From Bdellovibrionales bacterium (GTDB lineage Bacteria; Bdellovibrionota; UBA1018; CAIMNF01), in contig JBEIJY010000002.1 of assembly GCA_040380025.1 (NCBI GenBank), forward strand, positions 73,660 through 137,659: a DNA stretch of 64,000 bases. Reading direction: 5' to 3'. Below the pieces are notes generated by a model, which saw only the letters and a program-made list of their open reading frames with translations, searched no databases and was not told the origin of the DNA. A program made the translations under genes and the position numbers. Within the stretch, counting starts at the first letter, position 1. Each line of letters begins with the position of its first letter. Of the stretch, positions 57,199 to 64,000 are shown one piece after another.

Positions 57199-57693
57199 TC
57201 AGAGTTGGACCCGGGATGCGGGACAGGGGCCATACCGGAACGGCACTTCCTTTGTGATCCCGGTGGAGGTCCGGCGGAACCGGATGCTTCCGGATCGGCC
57301 GCCGTTCGAAGTCTGGACATTCACTTCGGTTCGATTGGTCGAGTTCGATTTTTGAATGACATGTGAGTGGGATGTGCGGAGATCATAGCCCGCAATGGAG
57401 GAGTACAAGATCCCGAAGAAGGTTCCTTCTGGCGAGAATGCCACCCCGATCAGATTCTTACCCGCGTTTGCGACCCAGCAGTACTGCGCTTGTTCTGGAA
57501 CCGCTCTGTCCTGGAGTCCGTCATAATGATCCGAGGTCATCCGTGGAGCGCTGTGAACCCACCCGTTGAGTTCGCTCCAGGCTTCTTGAGCCTGGGCCGA
57601 GGGCGAACTCAACGATAATAGAACGAACAAAAGCGAGGCAAGCCGCGAGGCCGACGACCGAACTGATTTCATAAAATCCTCCCCCATTCCCAC
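57199..57693 (-). CDS. secreted hypothetical protein
   Basis: Signal peptide ...LLFVLLSLSSPSAQAQEA. Convergent with the glycosyltransferase gene. Confidence 0.45.
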   Translation of the reverse strand: MGMGEDFMKSVRSSASRLASLLFVLLSLSSPSAQAQEAWSELNGWVHSAPRMTSDHYDGLQDRAVPEQAQYCWVANAGKNLIGVAFSPEGTFFGILYSSIAGYDLRTSHSHVIQKSNSTNRTEVNVQTSNGGRSGSIRFRRTSTGITKEVPFRYGPCPASRVQL

Positions 57694-57706
57694 CCGTTTC
57701 CCGGGT

Positions 57707-59074
57707 CTATTCAGACTTCCAAGCGGCGGCCTTGTCTTCGATGTAAGCCGTGAGTTTTTCGGCCGGGATCCGCTCTTGGGTCATTCCATCGCGCTCGCGA
57801 ATGGTCACGGTCTGATCCGCAAGGCTGTCGTAATCGATGGTCACGCAAAACGGAGTACCGATCTCGTCCTGCCGGCGGTAGCGCTTTCCGATGGTGCCGC
57901 TTTCGTCGAAGGTGGCGCGGAAGCGCTTCTTCACATCGCCGTACACTTTGTCCGAGAGCTCCATGAGCTCGGGTTTCTTCATGAGCGGAAACACCGCGAC
58001 CTTGTACGGGGCGAGGTTCGGGTGGAGCTTCAATACCGTACGCTCTCCCTCAAGGCGATAGGCATCACACAAGAGCGCCAAAAGAGCCCGGTCACATCCG
58101 ACCGAGGTTTCGACCACGTACGGAATGAATTTCTCTTTCGTCGACTCTTCGAAGTATTCGCACTTCTTGCCCGAGAATTCCTGATGGCGTTTCAGGTCAA
58201 AATCAGAGCGGTTGTGGATTCCCTCGATTTCCTGCCAGCCGATGGGGAATTGGTATTCGACATCGAAGGCGGCCCGCGCGTAGTGCGCAAGCTCCCCCGG
58301 TCCGTGCTGGTGGAAACGGAGCTTCGAGCGACGGAGTCCGTTCGCGAGGTGCCACTGGATGCGGATTTCCTTCCATTTTTCGAACCACTCCATGTCGGTT
58401 CCGGGCTTCACGAAAAACTGCATCTCCATCTGCTCGAACTCGCGGGTACGGAAGATGAAATTGCCGGGGGTGATCTCGTTCCGGAAGGCTTTTCCGATCT
58501 GGGCGATCCCGAACGGCACTTTTTGGCGGGCGCTTTGTTGGACGTTTTCGAAGTTCACGAAGATCCCCTGCGCGGTCTCGGGGCGAAGGTAGACGACGCT
58601 TGCCGAGTCCTCGAGCGGACCCATGAAGGTCTTGAACATCAGGTTGAACTGGCGGGGTTCGGTGAGCTGGCACTCGCTCATTCCACCGGGACGGACAGAG
58701 GGTTTTTTGCCGCAGTTCGCATGTTCGAGTTTGTCGGCGCGAAAGCGCCCTTTGCAGGTTTTGCAATCGACGAGCGGGTCGACAAAGCCTTCGACATGGC
58801 CCGAGGCCTCCCAGGTTCGCGGGTGCATCAGAATGGAGGCGTCGATTCCCTCGACATCATCGCGATCGGTCATCGCGCGCCACCACGACTCCTTGATGTT
58901 GCGTTTCAGCTCCACGCCGAGCGGACCGTAATCCCAGCAGGAACCGATCCCGCCGTAAATTTCGGACGAGGGAAAGATGAATCCGCGTCGTTTGCAGAGG
59001 GAGACCAGGTCCTGAAAGCTCTCGAGCTCTTTGGATTCGACGGGCGCGGGGGTCGCATTCGGTGTTTCGCTCAT
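57707..59074 (-). CDS. glyS: glycine--tRNA ligase, dimeric alpha2 (class II) form
   Basis: Full-length match to alpha2 GlyRS ([18 protein letters not shown] ... class II motifs 2 and 3), with a C-terminal anticodon-binding domain. Confidence 0.9.
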   Translation of the reverse strand: MSETPNATPAPVESKELESFQDLVSLCKRRGFIFPSSEIYGGIGSCWDYGPLGVELKRNIKESWWRAMTDRDDVEGIDASILMHPRTWEASGHVEGFVDPLVDCKTCKGRFRADKLEHANCGKKPSVRPGGMSECQLTEPRQFNLMFKTFMGPLEDSASVVYLRPETAQGIFVNFENVQQSARQKVPFGIAQIGKAFRNEITPGNFIFRTREFEQMEMQFFVKPGTDMEWFEKWKEIRIQWHLANGLRRSKLRFHQHGPGELAHYARAAFDVEYQFPIGWQEIEGIHNRSDFDLKRHQEFSGKKCEYFEESTKEKFIPYVVETSVGCDRALLALLCDAYRLEGERTVLKLHPNLAPYKVAVFPLMKKPELMELSDKVYGDVKKRFRATFDESGTIGKRYRRQDEIGTPFCVTIDYDSLADQTVTIRERDGMTQERIPAEKLTAYIEDKAAAWKSE

Positions 59075-59113
59075 AATAGGGAAGAGGCTAGCACAGCGCG
59101 AGAAAATTGAAAA

Positions 59114-60271
59114 TCAGGGGCCGGCTCTTTCATCAAAGTGGCCGGACCAGAGAGCGTGCAAAAAATCCTCCACCGGGTAGCATTCGATCCCGCCGTCCCA
59201 TTGTCTGGCTCCGGTGTCAAAAGACACCATCACGAAGCGTTTGAATTTTTTTTCTTCCTGAAGCGCTCTCAAGCCCTTGAAGTGTCGTTCCGAGAGCCGG
59301 TTGGTGCTTTTCACCTCGATTGCCACGCGATCATCGAGGCAAAAATCAACCTCATGTCCGGCAGTGGAGCGCCAGAAGGAGATTGGCTCGTGGGTTTTTC
59401 GATAGCTTCGATGGCATCGGAGCTCATGAAGAATCCAGTGCTCAAGCGCGATTCCGAAGTCATCGGAATTCCGATTGAGTTCTTTCCGGTCGATCAGGGC
59501 AGCCTGGACTCCCGGATCGAACAGGTAAAATTTGACGGTTTGAATGGCTTTTCTTTTTTTAGAAAGTCGCCAGGGCTCAAGCTCCGTACCGATCAGGGTA
59601 TCCCGCAACAACTCGAAATAAGCGCGAACCGTGGTCTCGGGAACCCCGGAGTCGCTTGATACCGAGGAATAGTTCAAAAGTTGTCCCGAGCTCAATGCCG
59701 CGATTTTCAGGAAGCGTACGAACTGGCCCAGATTCCTTACGGCCGCCTCCTCTTCGATTTCCTGCTTCAGGTAGGTGTCGGTATAGGCCTTCAGGTCGGC
59801 CCAAGGGTCGTCACTCAGCAAAACAGAGGGAAGCGATCCGTAGTGAAGCTTGCGTTCCAGCGGAACGGACGGGGACTCTCCATGGGTGACCCCGAACATT
59901 TCGAGCACCCTTGCCCTGCCACCGAGGAGGTTGGCAGAGGATCGCTTCAGTTTTCGGGCGCTACTGCCCGTAAGAAGGAAGCGGATCTTTTTTTCTTCGA
60001 TCAGGGCATGAACCTCGTCGAGCAGATCGGGGATTTTTTGGATTTCATCGATGACCACGCCTTTTTTTCGGGGGTCGATCATGTTTCGCAGATACCCCGG
60101 GTTTTCGATCAGCCGGAGGCGATCCTCGCTTCGGAGCAGTGAGATCAGTTGATATTCCGGGACCAGGGTTTCCCGGATCAAGGAGGTTTTTCCGACCCCC
60201 CGAGGGCCGAATAAAAAGTGGGATTTGGCCTGAACGGCCCCTTTGAGATCCAGTGTTCGTGAAAAGAGCAT
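59114..60271 (-). CDS. AAA+ ATPase (AAA_14 plus DUF4143 architecture)
   Basis: Walker A GPRGVGKTS and Walker B VVIDEIQ. The C-terminal region resembles DUF4143. Confidence 0.8.
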   Translation of the reverse strand: MLFSRTLDLKGAVQAKSHFLFGPRGVGKTSLIRETLVPEYQLISLLRSEDRLRLIENPGYLRNMIDPRKKGVVIDEIQKIPDLLDEVHALIEEKKIRFLLTGSSARKLKRSSANLLGGRARVLEMFGVTHGESPSVPLERKLHYGSLPSVLLSDDPWADLKAYTDTYLKQEIEEEAAVRNLGQFVRFLKIAALSSGQLLNYSSVSSDSGVPETTVRAYFELLRDTLIGTELEPWRLSKKRKAIQTVKFYLFDPGVQAALIDRKELNRNSDDFGIALEHWILHELRCHRSYRKTHEPISFWRSTAGHEVDFCLDDRVAIEVKSTNRLSERHFKGLRALQEEKKFKRFVMVSFDTGARQWDGGIECYPVEDFLHALWSGHFDERAGP

Positions 60272-60297
60272 CTTTTGCAGGATACTCGATTATTCCC

Positions 60298-60339
60298 CTG
60301 TGGAGTAGCGGATTATCATGATTATCCGCTACTCCACAG
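60298..60339. promoter_or_regulatory. 42-bp near-perfect palindrome 27 nt upstream of the AAA+ ATPase start
   Basis: CTGTGGAGTAGCGGA-TTATCATGATTA-TCCGCTACTCCACAG has 15-bp perfect arms. No U-tract follows on the transcribed strand. Confidence 0.5.
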
Positions 60340-60359
60340 AGGATGGTTATGGTTTGGAG

Positions 60360-61310
60360 CTATTTTTCATCCCAAAGGACCTGAAGCGCCGTCTGCCCCA
60401 CGGCCTTCAGCGAGACCCTCGAGATGCCCTCGGAGGTGTCTTTGAGGGTATGCCACTGGGGCGGAAACCTCCCGTAAGGCGTGATGTGGATTAGGTCGAC
60501 CACGGGCACCTTGAGGCCCTCCATCAGGTAGAAATGATCATCAATGATCGCTCCCGTGCGGTACCCCGGAAAGTAATCCTGGAACCCGGCCTTTTTTGCG
60601 GCGGCTCTGATTTTCTCGACCACCGGACCCGCCCGTTCCATCGAATAGGCCTCGATCGGAAACACGGCGCCGATTCCCCCGACCATGTCAAAGTTGATCC
60701 CGAAGCGGGGTTGGTAGCCTGCCGGAATCGGGTTTTTGGCAAAGTGCTGGGAGCCCAGACAGTAGCTGTTCTCGGTGCTCGGGTTCCCCCAATCCTCGGC
60801 ATCCAGAAACAAAAGATCCACGCCGAACGGCAAGTCCTTTCCCTGGAGGGCTGATGCGATTCCGAGCAGGACCACGACGCCGCTTCCGCCGTCATTCACT
60901 GCCGGAACGGGGCGGGTCCGGTTTTTCGGATCGGGGTCTTCATCGGCGAAGGGGCGCGCATCCCAGTGCGCCGAAAAAAGATATCTTGTTTTTGCCGAGG
61001 GGTTGATCCGGCCCAGGATGTTCCGGATGGGAATGGTCTTTTTGTCAAAGGTCACGGCCGAGGCCGTTTGTTCGATGACCTCGGCGCCCGATGATTTCAG
61101 GGCGGATGCGATCCAGTCTCCGGTGGCAAGGCTTGCGGCAGAGCCGGGAACGGCGGGGCCCTTTTTTTCGTACTCGAGAATCCGGGAATAGGCGAGGTTC
61201 TCATCGAACGCCGGTGGAGGTCCTTTCACCGCTTTCGAGCCGAAGAACGGGAGCGAGCATCCCGAAAGGAGCGCCGCCAAAACACCGAAAGAAATCAGAT
61301 GGCTTCTCAT
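60360..61310 (-). CDS. M28-family peptidase / glutaminyl-cyclase-like lipoprotein
   Basis: Lipobox LLSGCS, SAHWDARP and FLDAEDWG zinc-ligand motifs. ATG at 61310. Upstream, the 489-aa track ORF is antisense to the next gene. Confidence 0.65.
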   Translation of the reverse strand: MRSHLISFGVLAALLSGCSLPFFGSKAVKGPPPAFDENLAYSRILEYEKKGPAVPGSAASLATGDWIASALKSSGAEVIEQTASAVTFDKKTIPIRNILGRINPSAKTRYLFSAHWDARPFADEDPDPKNRTRPVPAVNDGGSGVVVLLGIASALQGKDLPFGVDLLFLDAEDWGNPSTENSYCLGSQHFAKNPIPAGYQPRFGINFDMVGGIGAVFPIEAYSMERAGPVVEKIRAAAKKAGFQDYFPGYRTGAIIDDHFYLMEGLKVPVVDLIHITPYGRFPPQWHTLKDTSEGISRVSLKAVGQTALQVLWDEK

Positions 61311-61774
61311 GTTCCGGGCCTGTAGTAGCCGGTCACCCAGGCAAAGATCCACATGGGGCCAATGAAGAGGTGCTCCAGCGAGGTGAAGAAGGCGGGAGAT
61401 TTTTTTTCGTATACGATGTGTCCGAAGAACTGCAGCACCCACCCGATCACCTGAAGGGCGATCAGAACGTTCAGGTGCAAGTGCCGCGCAATCAGGTAGT
61501 TCGCGAAGCCATACAGAAAAAACGGGATTCCGAGTTTCCAGTCCACCCGGAGCGAGAAGATTCCTCCGGCGATCGCAAGGATGAGACCGAGGTCCAGCCG
61601 CAGAAGGCTCTCGGCGGAAGGCGCCCAAAGCACAACCTGGGCCAAAAGGCCTACGAGGCTGAAGAGCACGAGTGGAATGCCCACAAGGTGCGTGCGTTTG
61701 TTCCCTTTGGTTTGATGATACTGCTCGTAGTCCTTGAAGTAGATGATCAATGCCGGAGTCGGTAAGGTTGCCAT
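61307..61774 (-). CDS. DUF962 (Mpo1-like) membrane protein
   Basis: Four TM helices and His-rich motifs (HLVGIP, FGHIVYEKK). The stop overlaps the M28 start. Confidence 0.7.
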   Translation of the reverse strand: MATLPTPALIIYFKDYEQYHQTKGNKRTHLVGIPLVLFSLVGLLAQVVLWAPSAESLLRLDLGLILAIAGGIFSLRVDWKLGIPFFLYGFANYLIARHLHLNVLIALQVIGWVLQFFGHIVYEKKSPAFFTSLEHLFIGPMWIFAWVTGYYRPGT

Positions 61775-61850
61775 GGCTCCACACTAACGGAAGATTTGGC
61801 GGGATTTCAATCGATTCATCCGGGGGCAAACCGGTTTTTTGCGGGATGGT

Positions 61851-63332
61851 TCAAAGCGTCTTCAGGTATTCGAGCAGATTCAGCCGGTCCTCTTCGGTGA
61901 ACCGCTCCAGGAATCCGAAAAAGTGCCCGCGGTTGGACTGCTCCGGCAGCCGCGTATCGCGGATCTGTCGGGGGGATTTTGCAAGCGCCGGATCTTCCCG
62001 GGTCAATCCCATCCGCGCGCGGTCATAGCGATGTTCTTCGCCGGCATCCCGAAGCGAGAAGACAAGAGTCCTGTTTTCGGGCGGAAGGAGCAATTCATAC
62101 AGCGTCGGGACCGAGCCGTTATGCAGGTACGGAAACCGGGCCCAGATTCCCCAAAGCTGGGGGGCAAGATAACCCGGTTCGGCCTCTTGCAGGGGAGCAA
62201 GCCGGTTCCACTCGGTTTTCTCGACGAGCGCCCTGTATTTTTGATCGATCGAGAGGGTGCGTGCGGGATCAGTGCCGATTTTTTCGAGCGGCATCCGCTT
62301 GGGAGGAAAATACAGAGGCTCTCCCGAAGCCGTTCGTTCATGGGCTTGATGGCAACGAATGCAGGTCTGCTCGAAGAGGATTTTTCCGGCCTTGGCTCGG
62401 GAGATTTCGATCGGGTAGGGGTAGCGGGGCGGCTCGATGCGATTCACGAGCGCGTACATGCGCTTCAGACTCTCCTCGTTTTCGAGAATGTGCGAAGCGC
62501 CCGGTCCGCTGACCGCCATCTCGGCGCCCATCATCCAGCCCAAGCCCCCGATCCAGCCATCCATCGAGCGGCCCTCGCCGTTTGCCGAGAACCCCGTGGC
62601 TCGTTTGGCCGCAATTCCCCAAAGGTGCGGCGGCTTCACGACTCCGCGAGGGGTGTCGGGAGTCGGAAATGGCATTCTGAGCTCGCGGTACACCCACGAC
62701 TTGATCATGGCGGTCGAAACAAGACCCTGGCTCAGGTTCGAGATCGCGGGATCGGACGAGAGTCTTGCGAACTCAAGCGAGTTTTCGTAGGCCGCCTGCG
62801 CGTTCCGGCCTACCCCGAGAGATCCCCAGGCCTTCAGGATTTTCATGGTGTCGGAGCTCATGACAAAGGGATCGATCGTCTTGTTCCCGAGGCCCGCGTA
62901 GAAGCGACCCGCGGCTTTTCCGCTGTGGCAGGAGGCGCAGCCTGCAATGAAGACCTGCCGGTTCTGGAAGCGCGTTTGCAGCATGCCCGCGACGCGCACG
63001 CCGGGGGAGGCTCCCTCGCGGGATTCGATCGGAAGCAAAACCAAGCCGTATTGGTCCCGAAGCCGCTCGATGGGTTTCAGCCCTTGAAGAACTCGGTTCC
63101 GGTGGAGCTGAAACGGCAGTACCGATTCGCCATCGGTGCCGAAGGTCGAGGGGAAGAGCCACCGGGCCAGATCGAAGGCTTTGGGCATGGCGAAGATCAG
63201 CCCGTGCCCGTTTTGATAGTAACTTGCCCGAAGGAATTCCTCGGTGACCGATTGCGCACGGGCAGAGCCCTGAAAGAACGCAGAAAAAACCAGAATGCGA
63301 AACACCCAAGAACGAATCAGCCCCGAACCCAT
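61851..63332 (-). CDS. di-haem cytochrome c peroxidase family protein (CcpA/MauG-like)
   Basis: Two CxxCH haem motifs (CASCH, CIRCH) and a signal peptide. Start taken as Met46 (ATG 63332, MGSGLIRSWVFRILVFSAFF). Confidence 0.8.
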   Translation of the reverse strand: MGSGLIRSWVFRILVFSAFFQGSARAQSVTEEFLRASYYQNGHGLIFAMPKAFDLARWLFPSTFGTDGESVLPFQLHRNRVLQGLKPIERLRDQYGLVLLPIESREGASPGVRVAGMLQTRFQNRQVFIAGCASCHSGKAAGRFYAGLGNKTIDPFVMSSDTMKILKAWGSLGVGRNAQAAYENSLEFARLSSDPAISNLSQGLVSTAMIKSWVYRELRMPFPTPDTPRGVVKPPHLWGIAAKRATGFSANGEGRSMDGWIGGLGWMMGAEMAVSGPGASHILENEESLKRMYALVNRIEPPRYPYPIEISRAKAGKILFEQTCIRCHQAHERTASGEPLYFPPKRMPLEKIGTDPARTLSIDQKYRALVEKTEWNRLAPLQEAEPGYLAPQLWGIWARFPYLHNGSVPTLYELLLPPENRTLVFSLRDAGEEHRYDRARMGLTREDPALAKSPRQIRDTRLPEQSNRGHFFGFLERFTEEDRLNLLEYLKTL

Positions 63333-63423
63333 GGCGTGCAGTCTAGCGGGGGCTCGGGGGTGGGGCAAGGGAAAGCAAGGAAAGTCTGGTGCTGGTTTTA
63401 ACCCCTTGCCCGAACCCCCCTGA

Positions 63424-64000
<577 letters not shown>

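Overview
This window is a GC-rich (about 60%) chromosomal segment from a diderm (Gram-negative) bacterium. The phylum cannot be assigned from sequence alone. Sec-secreted hypothetical proteins, an HD-GYP protein, an alpha2-type GlyRS and a DUF4143 ATPase are compatible with a Bdellovibrionota- or deltaproteobacteria-like organism, but that is inference. Genes are densely packed on both strands. The high GC content generates numerous long spurious antisense ORFs; these are listed under noticed_but_rejected.

Main content:
- Outer-membrane biogenesis block: lolC/E-lolD-bamA-skp-lpxD-fabZ-lpxA, followed by what reads as a single lpxB-lpxK fusion ORF, then LPS-core glycosyltransferases.
- A complete proteorhodopsin/retinal photosystem: a green-tuned proton-pumping opsin, a lycopene cyclase fused in frame to a Blh carotene dioxygenase, and convergent crtE-crtI-crtB.
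- An unusual density of oxidative-stress genes: ahpCF, a glutaredoxin-like protein, GPx, a fused MsrB-MsrA, trxB and a di-haem cytochrome c peroxidase.
- A small low-GC islet at the 3' end of tRNA-Ser(TGA), carrying a brnT/brnA toxin-antitoxin pair whose toxin is inactivated by an in-frame amber codon.
- A tatA gene missing from the ORF track, translationally coupled to a long-form phenylalanine hydroxylase.
- Housekeeping genes: ABC-F, DEAD-box helicase, glyS, the alaS 5' end, rsgA, tadA, galE and ampG.

The most novel-looking signal is a pair of roughly 200-bp imperfect palindromic elements. They share an identical 39-nt core, and their stem arms differ between copies but remain complementary. 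Both sit in divergent promoter regions upstream of genes for secreted or membrane proteins, flanking a cluster of large secreted hypotheticals.
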